Program-made: the position numbers and the translations under genes
Shown: piece by piece, positions 51,102 through 60,337 of the stretch
Layout: each line of letters begins with the position of its first letter
How positions within the stretch are numbered: the first letter of the stretch is position 1
Notes under the pieces: model-generated
What the model saw: the letters and a program-made list of their open reading frames with translations, nothing else
What the model was told of the DNA's origin: nothing
Database searches by the model: none
Source of the DNA: Rhodospirillaceae bacterium
GTDB lineage: Bacteria; Pseudomonadota; Alphaproteobacteria; Rhodospirillales; UBA2165
Assembly: GCA_038127535.1 (NCBI GenBank)
Contig: JAYPHU010000004.1
Span: forward strand, 14,232-78,231
Direction: 5' to 3'
DNA length: 64,000 nt

Positions 51102-51866
51102 ATGACCGATCAGATCGACACCAAGAAAATTACCGCGGCGGTGGACTTTTCCGGCCGGGTGGCGCTGGTGACCGGCGCGGGCAAAGGCCTGGGCCGCGCC
51201 ACAGCCCTGGCGCTGGCCGAAGCCGGCGCGCAGGTGATCGGCGTGTCCCGGACCGAGGATGATCTGAAGGAGCTCCAATCCCACTTTACGGAGAGGATCG
51301 AGTATTGGGTCGAAGACGTGCTGGCAGAGGACCTTTACCCCCGGATCGAGGCTCTGCCCAGGCTCGATATCTTCGCCGCCTGCGCCGGGGCTAACCGACC
51401 GCTGCCCATCATCGAACTGACCACCGAAGACATCAACTGGCTGATCGCACTGAACGTCACCGCCGTGTTTCGGGGCGCTCAAAGCGCGGCGCGGGCCATG
51501 CTGAAAAACAAGTCTGGCGCGATCGTCATCATGTCATCCCAGATGGGCCATATCGGCGCGCCTAACCGGACGCTCTATTGCACCACCAAGCATGGGGTGG
51601 AGGGGCTGACCAAGTCGCTGGCGGTGGAGCTGGCCCCCGACGGCATCCGGGTCAACTCGGTCGCGCCGACATTTATCGACACGCCCATGACCCGGCCCAT
51701 GTTCGAAAACAAGCAGTTCAAGGAGACGGTGTTGCACAACATAGCGCTTGGGCGCCTGGGCACGCTGGAAGACGTAGCGGCGGCGGTCGTATTCCTCGCC
51801 TCTGACAACGCAGCGATGATCACCGGGGATAGTCTGAAAGTGGATGGCGGCTGGACCGCCTGGTAG
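51102..51866 (+). CDS. SDR oxidoreductase (HpsO-like)
   Basis: VTGAGKGLG, SSQMGH, YCTTKH, APTFI.TPMT, VDGGWTA. Confidence 0.88.
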   Translation: MTDQIDTKKITAAVDFSGRVALVTGAGKGLGRATALALAEAGAQVIGVSRTEDDLKELQSHFTERIEYWVEDVLAEDLYPRIEALPRLDIFAACAGANRPLPIIELTTEDINWLIALNVTAVFRGAQSAARAMLKNKSGAIVIMSSQMGHIGAPNRTLYCTTKHGVEGLTKSLAVELAPDGIRVNSVAPTFIDTPMTRPMFENKQFKETVLHNIALGRLGTLEDVAAAVVFLASDNAAMITGDSLKVDGGWTAW

Positions 51867-51888
51867 GTCTCGTCAACTTAGGCCAAAA

Positions 51889-52159
51889 CTAGACCGCAAG
51901 GGGTTCCATGATCTTCGCGAGTTCCAATGACGAATCGCTTAATTTGTTGAGCTTAATCTTGCCGAGATTTCGATCCAGTTTGACCAAGCTGGAACGGAGA
52001 TACGCAATTTCGTCGCCCAGAAGATCAATATTTTCCCGGAAAGTCTCGATGGACTCTCTCTGGTTGGCCAGGGCCACTTACATTTTTCGAACGGAGCGCC
52101 GAAAGCGGCGGAATTGATATTTCTTTTTTGTGCTCTTGCGGCAGTTCGAGAACCGTCAT
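51889..52159 (-). pseudogene. Degenerate small coiled-coil ORF
   Basis: Coiled-coil-like 62-aa segment preceded by an in-frame TAA and an out-of-frame ATG at 52159. Confidence 0.25.
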
Positions 52160-52420
52160 GGGCAATCTCGCTTATTACATTTTGTTACATTGGGACATAT
52201 TTTATGACGTTCAGCCTGGTGAGGCTCCGGAACCTGGGCAACGAAAAACTATAAAAATTTTGTGATTTTTCTCGATTTTCCTCAGACTCATCAACGAGCC
52301 GCGAAGTTTCAGGCGAGCCAATGAAACCTGAGATAGACATAGTGGGAGTTTCCCCCATATTTGAGACTTTGTGATTTGGGCTAAACTCGAATCACACTCT
52401 TGCATTTTCGGGACAAATCG

Positions 52421-52884
52421 ATGAGTGACACGGACCCTGAAGCGGAAATCATTCCATCTCCCTTGGGTGAGCAAACCCAACAGGAATTGGGCCAAATCTA
52501 TCACGATTCCACCCGCACCTCACTATTCACCAAAGGCATTCAGTGGCGGACGGTAGGCTCGACCCTGATCCTCTTCGTTGTGGTGATTGCGCTGGCTAAA
52601 TTCGTCTCCCAAGCGGGAGACTTCATCCGCATCCTCAAAGTCGCGATCATCCTGGCGACTATGGGCGCGATATTCATGCTGGTGATCTTACAGTTTTGGC
52701 AGCATGCCGAGGGTCAGAAAATTCGCGCGGTGGAAAAAATTATTCCAGCCTGTTCCGGGAAATTCGCAAGAAGAAGTCCGGGCTGGAGGCCAACGTCCAT
52801 AGCTATATTCTGGTGACATTTATGATTTTGGTACTCCTGGCCGGCGCCTTTGTCACCCTCAGCGCCATCGACAAGAACAGCTAG
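52421..52884 (+). pseudogene. Small membrane protein, frameshifted at an A6 run (52734-52739)
   Basis: First frame gives two TM helices to KIRAVEK; a second frame continues NYSSLFREIR...HSYILVTFMILV (third TM). Confidence 0.6.
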
Positions 52885-52888
52885 GCGC

Positions 52889-54244
52889 TCACATGGTCAG
52901 ATGGCGGGCGGTGATCACCACGATCCCGACCACGGTCACCCCAACAAGGAACAGCGGTGGCGACCAGCGCCAGCCGATGACATGACTGGGCACGCCTGTG
53001 ACCCGGGCCATAAACAGCGTGGTGCCGGAAAACGGTGAGATCATGGTGCACATGCCCCAGCAGCCGAGGTACGTCAGCCCGACAATCCAATCTGTTAATC
53101 CTAAGGCTTCCGGCGGGAAGATGGCGCTCAGCGAAATCACCAGAATGACCGGATGCAGACCTGCCAGACTGGTCACCGTAAATGTGATGATCAGCAGGAT
53201 CAGCTTGGCGTCCGCCCACGGCACCAGGGCATTCAACCCCGCGCTCAAATCCGCCGAGGGCAAAATGTGGGAAACGCCGACCCCGAACATGGTGGCCGCG
53301 CCGAACATCATGGTCTCGTTGCGTAGGCGGGGCAGGCCGGTGACCACGCCCTTCGCCAGACCGGTCAGACTAATCCCTTCCAGCGTCAATCGGTCCGATT
53401 GCATTTTGTACCAGAGAAGCGCGAACGGCGGTGCGACAATACCCAGCGTGATCGGGATGGAAACCAGCAGTATTTCCGCCGGCGTCACCACCAGGAAAAT
53501 CAGCGCCAGCAGAATCACCGAGGCCAGTAATGTGGCGCGGCCGTCAAACGCCGGCGGGCCGTCCGCCACCCGGCGGCTGCCCCGGCGTAGGAACAGCCGG
53601 TCGAATATCCAGGCGGCAAGAATCACCAGTACCGCCATCAAGAAGCCCGTCGGCGCCAGCTCGCCCCAGCTGAGGCTGGGCAGCGCCACCAGCACAACGA
53701 CCATGCCGATATAGAAGGGTGACCAGCAGGACGCACTGGTGAAGCCCTGCATCAACGCCACCGACAGCCGGCGTTTCTGTACCGGGTCTTCCTGTTTTTC
53801 CAGCACGGTGGTCAATAGGCTCAGCCCGGCCAGATTGAGAACCGTCCCCAGAAAATGCGCGCCGAACGCCAGATAAAGGAAGCGCTTGCCCGGCGTCTGC
53901 TCAACAATATAGGTGCGGACCGACTGCAGGGACGGACTCCGCTCCACCGGGTATTTCAGCCAGGAAATGGCGAAGAATAGCAGAAGGAAGAGACTGGCCC
54001 GGGCGGTGCCGTCGACAATGATGGCCCGCCATTCCCCGGAAACAGCGGCGCTGATTAGCGCGATGCCGATCATCACCAGCCCGGCAATCTTTTGCCCCCG
54101 CGGCAAGTCCACGAACTGCAAAATCAAAAACAGGATGATCAAGCCCGAAAGCACCGGTCGCAGCTCCGGTCCATAGACGAACGCGCTAATGACGGTCAAA
54201 ACCGAAATCGCTATGTAAATCCAGGCGGAAACCGGATTACGCAT
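52889..54244 (-). CDS. Polytopic membrane protein, probable secondary transporter
   Basis: About 12 TM segments; GF..A..WSPF, G.HP, SPFSG motifs. Confidence 0.7.
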   Translation of the reverse strand: MRNPVSAWIYIAISVLTVISAFVYGPELRPVLSGLIILFLILQFVDLPRGQKIAGLVMIGIALISAAVSGEWRAIIVDGTARASLFLLLFFAISWLKYPVERSPSLQSVRTYIVEQTPGKRFLYLAFGAHFLGTVLNLAGLSLLTTVLEKQEDPVQKRRLSVALMQGFTSASCWSPFYIGMVVVLVALPSLSWGELAPTGFLMAVLVILAAWIFDRLFLRRGSRRVADGPPAFDGRATLLASVILLALIFLVVTPAEILLVSIPITLGIVAPPFALLWYKMQSDRLTLEGISLTGLAKGVVTGLPRLRNETMMFGAATMFGVGVSHILPSADLSAGLNALVPWADAKLILLIITFTVTSLAGLHPVILVISLSAIFPPEALGLTDWIVGLTYLGCWGMCTMISPFSGTTLFMARVTGVPSHVIGWRWSPPLFLVGVTVVGIVVITARHLTM

Positions 54245-54331
54245 ATCTGCCGCGTCTTAGGGTTATGGAAATAGCTGTCTCGGGACGGATCATTTTGATG
54301 GGGCCGGGATTGCAGAGGCGGGCATTGTCAT

Positions 54332-54354
54332 GTTTGATCTCGGGAAGATCAAAC
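54332..54354. promoter_or_regulatory. Inverted repeat GTTTGATCT-N5-AGATCAAAC in a divergent promoter region
   Basis: 9-bp perfect arms between the divergent transporter and aldolase genes. Confidence 0.45.
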
Positions 54355-54385
54355 CAATTGACCCTAGCACACGGGAGCCACCGCC

Positions 54386-55105
54386 ATGATTGATCCGCGC
54401 ACGGAATTCGACCAGCTCGTCGCCGCCAACCGCATTCTCGCCCGGGAGGATGTCGTCGACTCCTTTGGCCATGTGAGCCTGCGTCATCCGGATGATCCGC
54501 ACCACTACGTAATGTCCCGGTCCCGCGCGCCGGAGCTGGTGGCATTCGATGACTTCATGGAGTTCGAACTGGACGGCGAGGTTGTCAACGACGATGGCCG
54601 CATGCCCTATGGCGAACGCATGATCCACGGGGCGATCTTTGAAGCCCGGCCGGAAATCAACGCAGTTATCCACAACCATGCGCTGGAAGTGCTGCCCTTT
54701 ACCATCACCGAGAACACGCTCAAGCCGGTGGTGCACACGGGCTCGGTCATCGGAGAAAATATTCCGCTCTGGGATATCCGGGATAAATTCGGCGAGAACA
54801 CGGACATGCTGGTCCGCACCATGGAGCAGGGCCGCGATCTCTGTTCCACCATGGACGGCAATCAGTGTGCGCTGATGCGGGGCCACGGCGCCGTGGTCGC
54901 CGGGCGGACCTTGAAAGAGGCGGTGATCACCGCGATCTATCTGCAGATCAACGCCAAGGTCCAAACAATCGCCATGGGTATGGGAACGCCGCAGCCGCTC
55001 TCCAAAGGAGAGATCGACGGCTGCGCTGCAGTGCAGTTTTCCCCCTTGGGCGCCGATCGCATGTGGGAGCATTTCTGCATCCGCGCCGGCGTGGAACCCT
55101 GCTAA
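54386..55105 (+). CDS. Class II aldolase/adducin family protein
   Basis: ANRILA....DSFGHVS.R, ER.IH..I..ARP...AVIH.H, LMRGHG. Confidence 0.88.
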   Translation: MIDPRTEFDQLVAANRILAREDVVDSFGHVSLRHPDDPHHYVMSRSRAPELVAFDDFMEFELDGEVVNDDGRMPYGERMIHGAIFEARPEINAVIHNHALEVLPFTITENTLKPVVHTGSVIGENIPLWDIRDKFGENTDMLVRTMEQGRDLCSTMDGNQCALMRGHGAVVAGRTLKEAVITAIYLQINAKVQTIAMGMGTPQPLSKGEIDGCAAVQFSPLGADRMWEHFCIRAGVEPC

Positions 55106-55115
55106 GGCTCGGGCG

Positions 55116-55853
55116 TTAGCCCCTTAGGCGGGACCGCAAACCCTCATCAGCCGCGTAATATGCCTCTTCCGGTGATTGGCCCGCTCTGATCGCGGCGAGG
55201 CCCCAGGCCACGTCCGCATGATACCCCTCTCCGTCCCGGCTAACAGACGCGCCGGCCAAAGCGGCCGAGAGAATCTTCGCCGTCTCTTCGATTTCGTCCG
55301 GCCCGGCCACATTATAGAGCACCCCGAAGGTCGCCGCGCCCAGATAGCCGATAGGACCGGCATCAGCTACCTCCGCCACCAGCTTTTCGGCAACGGCGAT
55401 CAATAACCCGTCATGCACGGCAATCCCATGCGTGATGCGAAGGCTTTCCATATCCCGAAGCCCCAATAGAAGCAGCGTGCTGGGATCGCCCGTCTGCTCC
55501 ACATGATTGGCCGCTTGGCGAAGGGATCGGAAGAACGCGCGGCGGCTCGCCACCGGTAAAAACGAATCCTGGTCCGCCGCCTCCAGCAAATGCCCTTCCC
55601 GCTGCCGCGCCACATTCAGGTCCCAACGCAACGCATCCATCTCGTGGAACAGCAGGGTCATGGCTTCCTCGACCTTGCGCGTGAACTCGGCCCTCGGTAC
55701 GCCCATCACAAACGTGGCGTCCTTGATCTGCTCTTCGGTTCTCGGCTTAGGCTTCGCCCGCTCCCGTCCGGAATGGGCGTAGCCCCCCTGTTGATCGGCA
55801 GCACGCCGGTCTGTGATACTGCGATATCGTTGTACGCCGCCGACTTCGGCCAT
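55116..55853 (-). CDS. Degenerate GGDEF-domain protein
   Basis: AD.D..LPV.SRRAF, HG...D..L, GYLGAATFGV in place of GGDEF, AAD. Confidence 0.65.
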   Translation of the reverse strand: MAEVGGVQRYRSITDRRAADQQGGYAHSGRERAKPKPRTEEQIKDATFVMGVPRAEFTRKVEEAMTLLFHEMDALRWDLNVARQREGHLLEAADQDSFLPVASRRAFFRSLRQAANHVEQTGDPSTLLLLGLRDMESLRITHGIAVHDGLLIAVAEKLVAEVADAGPIGYLGAATFGVLYNVAGPDEIEETAKILSAALAGASVSRDGEGYHADVAWGLAAIRAGQSPEEAYYAADEGLRSRLRG

Positions 55854-55947
55854 AGGGGATCGTCCGTTGTTCGGGGTTCGTTAGGCTAGCATGGATAGTC
55901 TAGCACCGCCAAATGGCGCATAGGAGTCGGATAAAGCCCTGACCTGA

Positions 55948-57489
55948 TCAGATGCTGCGCGAGCGGCCTTCCCAGTATTCTTCCCGAATCGCGTTCTTTT
56001 GGATTTTGCCCACGGCGGTTTTCGGCAGGCTGTCGACGAACTTGATCATCCGGGGCCGCTTGTGCCGGGCCATCCGGTCTGCGCAGAACGCGATCAGCTC
56101 TTCTTCGGTGGCTTGTTGTCCGGCCGCCAGCATCACATGGGCCGCCGGCAGCTCGCCCCAATGATCATCAGGAATGCCGAATACGGCGCATTCGTTAACG
56201 GCGTCATGCTGATAGAGAACGCCTTCGATCTCCGTCGGATATACGTTCTCCCCGCCTGAGATGATCATGTCCTTGGACCGGTCCACCAGGAACAGAAACC
56301 CTTCCTCATCCAGGTAGCCCACGTCGCCCGTCCTGATCCAGCCGTCGGCGGTAAACGCCGCCTCAGTCTCCTTCGGTTGTTTGTAGTAATGCATCATTAC
56401 GTTGGTGCCCCGGGACGCGACCTCGCCGATCTCGCCTGCCGGCAACGGCTGGTCATCGGCCCCGAGGATCGTCAGATCCAGGTCCGAGTACGCCTTGCCG
56501 ACGCTTTCCGGCTTTTCCAGGTTTGCCGCCACCGGGCGGACGGTCAGATTGCCGGCCTCGGTCTGGCCATACTGTTCCTGCCAAGTGACATTAGGCAGGA
56601 TTTCCATCTGCCGGCGCAGCTGGGCCTCGCTAGTCGGCGACGCGCCGAAATTCATATAACGCAGGGTCTTTAGCTGTTCCTTGGAGAACTCCGGATGACT
56701 GATGATGCCGTTGATCTGGGTCGGCACCATAAACGCCGCCGTGATCCCGTGCTTTTCACAAAGTCCCATAAACACTTTGGGGTCCCAGGCCGGCATCAAC
56801 ACACAGGTCAGTCCCATCAGAATGCCTGTCTGCATCCAAATCTGCAGCCCGGCAATATGAAACAGCGGTGAAGAGCAGCAGATGATATCGGTCTCTTGGA
56901 TATCCATCTCCCGCGCGGCGCGGACCGAGCCGATCACCCGGGACGCATGACTGACCACCGCACCTTTGGGAAAGCCCGTGGTGCCGCCCGTATAGGTGAT
57001 GCAGTAGGCGTCGGTCTCGGCAATCTCTACCTCCGGCTTGCCGTCCGGCGCATCGTCGAGGAAATCCTCATAGGTTTCCATCCCCTCGCCCGTGGCCTCA
57101 CCACCGAACACGATGACCCGATTCAGGACCGGCGAATCTTCCCTGATCGCGAGCACATTCTCCAATAGATCAGCGTGAACAAAGATGGCCTCGACGTCCG
57201 TCCGGTTGATAACGGCGGCCAGTTCCTCCGGCGAAAACCGCGCCGACATATGGGCCAGGACACTACCGGACTTGGCCGCGCCGAAAAAGATTTCGAGATA
57301 GTTGAGCTGATTGGCGGACATGATCGCCACATTGTGCCCCCGGGCGAGGTCCGCGTTGATCAGCGCATTGGCAAACCGATTGGCGCGGGCGTCTAGCTCT
57401 CCGTAGCTGAATTGCGCGTCTCCACAGATCACGGCCGGCTTGTCCGGCGCGCTGGCGGCCGCGTTTTCCAGGATATCTCCGGTAAGCAT
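55948..57489 (-). CDS. Acyl/aryl-CoA ligase (AMP-binding)
   Basis: YTGGTTGFPKG, YGQTE, GWIRTGD, DRSKDMIISGGENVYP, PKTAVGKI. Confidence 0.9.
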   Translation of the reverse strand: MLTGDILENAAASAPDKPAVICGDAQFSYGELDARANRFANALINADLARGHNVAIMSANQLNYLEIFFGAAKSGSVLAHMSARFSPEELAAVINRTDVEAIFVHADLLENVLAIREDSPVLNRVIVFGGEATGEGMETYEDFLDDAPDGKPEVEIAETDAYCITYTGGTTGFPKGAVVSHASRVIGSVRAAREMDIQETDIICCSSPLFHIAGLQIWMQTGILMGLTCVLMPAWDPKVFMGLCEKHGITAAFMVPTQINGIISHPEFSKEQLKTLRYMNFGASPTSEAQLRRQMEILPNVTWQEQYGQTEAGNLTVRPVAANLEKPESVGKAYSDLDLTILGADDQPLPAGEIGEVASRGTNVMMHYYKQPKETEAAFTADGWIRTGDVGYLDEEGFLFLVDRSKDMIISGGENVYPTEIEGVLYQHDAVNECAVFGIPDDHWGELPAAHVMLAAGQQATEEELIAFCADRMARHKRPRMIKFVDSLPKTAVGKIQKNAIREEYWEGRSRSI

Positions 57490-57605
57490 ACTGTCTCCCT
57501 GACCCGATTGTTCGGTACCCGAACAGATTGTGGACATTACCTTTGTGTCTCTCTAGCATTCAAGATAAATCCCGATGGAAGAACAAGACCGAAGCCGAGG
57601 GCCTT

Positions 57606-58628
57606 TTGAGTTTCAACATCAAAATCAGGGGTAAGGACGCCACCGTCGCCGTGGAGATGGGCCGAACAATTTTGGAGTCCGCGCACGCTCAAGGCGTTGA
57701 TTATCCCCACGGCTGCCGGTCCGGCAATTGCGGCGCCTGCAAATCCTTCCTGCTCAGCGGTGAAGTGGAAATGTCGCCCCGCTCAAAATTCGCGCTGACC
57801 GACGAGGAGGAACAGCGGGGCCTGATTCTGGCCTGCCGGTCGGTGCCCTGGTCCGACTGCGAGATCGAGCCCGCCAGCCGGGACGAGTTCGTCATGCTGG
57901 CAAGCCGGCGGATGACCTGCAGGGTGGCCGCGCTGGAAGACGCCACCCACGACATCAAGATTGTCCGGCTCGATGTGGAGTCCGGCGGGCCCTACGACTT
58001 CTATGCTGGCCAGTACGCGGAGATCACCTTCCCCGGACAGCCGGCACGGGACTTCTCCATGGCCAACCGGCCCGACGACGAGGTGCTGGAATTTCATATA
58101 AGGCTGGTCCCCGGCGGCTCGGTCTCCCCCTATGTCGCGAATGATCTCAAAGTCGGCGACGAAGTGGCGCTGAAAGGCCCGTTCGGCGCGGCCTATTACC
58201 GCGACACCCATGCCGGACCGATCATCGCGGCGGCCGGCGGTTCGGGCCTGGCCCCCATCAAGTCGATCACTGAGACCGCACTTCGAGGCGGCGCGCGACA
58301 AGATATCCTCCTTTATTTCGGTGTCCGGGACGAACAGGACATCTATCTGGAAGATCACTTCACGCGGCTGGCGGAGGATCACCCCAACCTCAATTTCATC
58401 CCGGTCCTGTCCGAGCCCTCCGGCGAGACGGACCGGCGGACCGGCTTCCTCGCCGACGCCATGGCTGCCGACTTTTCCGATTTGGACGGGTTCAAGGCCT
58501 ACCTTGCGGGCCCACCTATAATGGTGGAAACATCGGTAGAGAAACTGAAAGCGCTGGACCTCCGAGATCGGGACTGCCATGCCGACGCCTTCTATACGGA
58601 GGCGGAGAAAGCGGCGCTGAACGACTAG
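57606..58628 (+). CDS. 2Fe-2S ferredoxin:NAD(P)H reductase (oxygenase reductase component, N-terminal 2Fe-2S)
   Basis: CRSGNCGACK...LAC, AGQY, RDFSMAN, GGSGLAP, YFGVR, YLAGPP.M, DAFY; start probably TTG 57606. Confidence 0.88.
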   Translation: MSFNIKIRGKDATVAVEMGRTILESAHAQGVDYPHGCRSGNCGACKSFLLSGEVEMSPRSKFALTDEEEQRGLILACRSVPWSDCEIEPASRDEFVMLASRRMTCRVAALEDATHDIKIVRLDVESGGPYDFYAGQYAEITFPGQPARDFSMANRPDDEVLEFHIRLVPGGSVSPYVANDLKVGDEVALKGPFGAAYYRDTHAGPIIAAAGGSGLAPIKSITETALRGGARQDILLYFGVRDEQDIYLEDHFTRLAEDHPNLNFIPVLSEPSGETDRRTGFLADAMAADFSDLDGFKAYLAGPPIMVETSVEKLKALDLRDRDCHADAFYTEAEKAALND

Positions 58629-58644
58629 ACCAAGGGAGAGAGAC

Positions 58645-59592
58645 GTGAGCGAACAGCATCTGGCGCGACGGGCCGCCATTGTCACCGGCGGCGGCCGGGG
58701 CATCGGCAAGGCGATCTGCGAGAACCTCTCCCAAGCGGGAGCCTCCGTCATCGTCGCCGACAATGGCAGCGCTATTGATGGGGAGCCTGAAAAGCCCAAC
58801 ATTGCAGAGACCGTCGTCGAAAGCCTGCCCAGCGAGGCTGTTGCCTTTACCGAGAGCGTGGCCTCGCCGGAAGCCGCGAAGGCCATGGTTCAACTCGCAT
58901 GCGACACATTCGGCGGCATCGATATCGTCATCAACTGCGCGGCGATCCTTCGCGATGGGCTGGTGTTCAAGGGCGCGCCCGAGGACTGGGACACGGTCAT
59001 CCGCAACAACCTGTCGGCCGCCTATTACCTGATTAATGCGGCGACGCCGGTGATACGCCAGCAGTTCAAGGACGGCCGCGGCAGCGGCGAGGCGTACAAT
59101 TGGGGGCGGATCGTCAATATCGGCTCCACCGCCGGCCTTTATGGCAATTTCGGCCAGGCCAACTACGGCAGCGCCAAGGCCGGCCTGTTCGCCCTGACCC
59201 GGATCGCCGCCATGGAAATGATCCGCTCCAACGTTACCGCCAACCTGATCGCGCCCTTCGCTCACTCACGGGTGACCGACATGATCCAGCCGGCCAATGA
59301 CGAGCAGGCGGAATACAAGGCCCGCGCCAAGAAAGTTACCCCCGATCATGTCGCCACCGCCGTGGGCTATCTCTGTTCCGACCGGGCGGCGGACGTGACC
59401 GGCCAGGTGTTCGGTGTCCGAGGCCGCGAGGTGTTTGTCTTCTCCCAGCCTCGCCCGCTGGCGACCGTCAGCCGGCCGGACGAGGATTGGACGGTGGAGG
59501 CCCTCGCCGAAGCCGTGGATGCGGACCTTAAATCAAAATTCACTGACTTGGCGACCGACCTGGAAGCCTTTAATACTGATCCCATCGTTTAG
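58645..59592 (+). CDS. SDR oxidoreductase (3-hydroxyacyl-CoA dehydrogenase/MFE-2-like)
   Basis: VTGGGRGIG, AILRD, GNFGQANYGSAKAG, IAPFA.SR. Confidence 0.88.
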   Translation: MSEQHLARRAAIVTGGGRGIGKAICENLSQAGASVIVADNGSAIDGEPEKPNIAETVVESLPSEAVAFTESVASPEAAKAMVQLACDTFGGIDIVINCAAILRDGLVFKGAPEDWDTVIRNNLSAAYYLINAATPVIRQQFKDGRGSGEAYNWGRIVNIGSTAGLYGNFGQANYGSAKAGLFALTRIAAMEMIRSNVTANLIAPFAHSRVTDMIQPANDEQAEYKARAKKVTPDHVATAVGYLCSDRAADVTGQVFGVRGREVFVFSQPRPLATVSRPDEDWTVEALAEAVDADLKSKFTDLATDLEAFNTDPIV

Positions 59593-59601
59593 GAGGATCG
59601 G

Positions 59602-60318
59602 GTGACAGAAGTTCAACAGGTCGAAACCGTCGAACAATGGCGGGAGATGCCGGAAGAATACAAAGAGGCGTGCTGCAAGCTGGTGATCAGCCACGCGATC
59701 AATGAGCTATACGGCTCCCGCGTCTATGACGAACCGGCCATTTCCTGGGCGCCGAACCCTTACGCCAAGTGGATGGTCTGCCGGGTGGTGATGGAGGAAT
59801 ACGGCCACCATTACCGGTTCTTTGAGCTGGGCGTGGAGATGGGCATCCCGGAAGAGGCCATGCTGCCTGAGATGACTGAGAAGTCGCCGCTTTCCATCAT
59901 GGATTTGGAGCTCACCACCTGGGAAGAGTTCTGCACCATCAAGATGATTGGTGATCTGGGAGAAATCCTGCAGGTAGAGGACTTGGTGCAGGGATCGTTC
60001 CACCCGTTGCGCAACCTCGCCCGCATGACCATGCCGGAGGAGCATTTTCACAGCGAGTTCGGCGAGAACTTCTGCGCCGATATTTGTCAGGAGCCGGGCG
60101 GCAAGGAAAAGATTCAGGCCGCTATCGACCTGATTTTTCCGCACATGCCGGCCTTCTTTGGCCGGTCGGGGTCGGAGAACAATGAAATTTATCGCAAATG
60201 GGGCCTCAAGAAGCGCACCAACGAAGACATGCGCGAAGATTATGTGGCCCGCGCCAAGACTGTCGTCGAACGGCTGGGCCTGACCCTGCCTGAGGTCGAT
60301 CTGAGCGCCTACGGCTAG
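59602..60318 (+). CDS. Ferritin-like diiron protein, PaaA/BoxB (ring-epoxidase) family, stand-alone
   Basis: MPEEY, NELYG, WAP, EEYGH, W...D, EEHFH..FG, FG, WGLKKRTNE.MR; all six diiron-ligand positions appear to be present. Confidence 0.8.
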   Translation: MTEVQQVETVEQWREMPEEYKEACCKLVISHAINELYGSRVYDEPAISWAPNPYAKWMVCRVVMEEYGHHYRFFELGVEMGIPEEAMLPEMTEKSPLSIMDLELTTWEEFCTIKMIGDLGEILQVEDLVQGSFHPLRNLARMTMPEEHFHSEFGENFCADICQEPGGKEKIQAAIDLIFPHMPAFFGRSGSENNEIYRKWGLKKRTNEDMREDYVARAKTVVERLGLTLPEVDLSAYG

Positions 60319-60337
60319 GACCAAGGAGAGTAAGCAC

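Noticed and set aside
52170-52200. TTACATT direct repeats and possible CtrA/FNR boxes in AT-rich spacers
   Set aside because: Too short or wrongly spaced to distinguish from chance.
59602-60318. Canonical paa or box operon
   Set aside because: paaB/C/D/G/Z and boxA/boxC are absent, and the protein is much shorter than BoxB.
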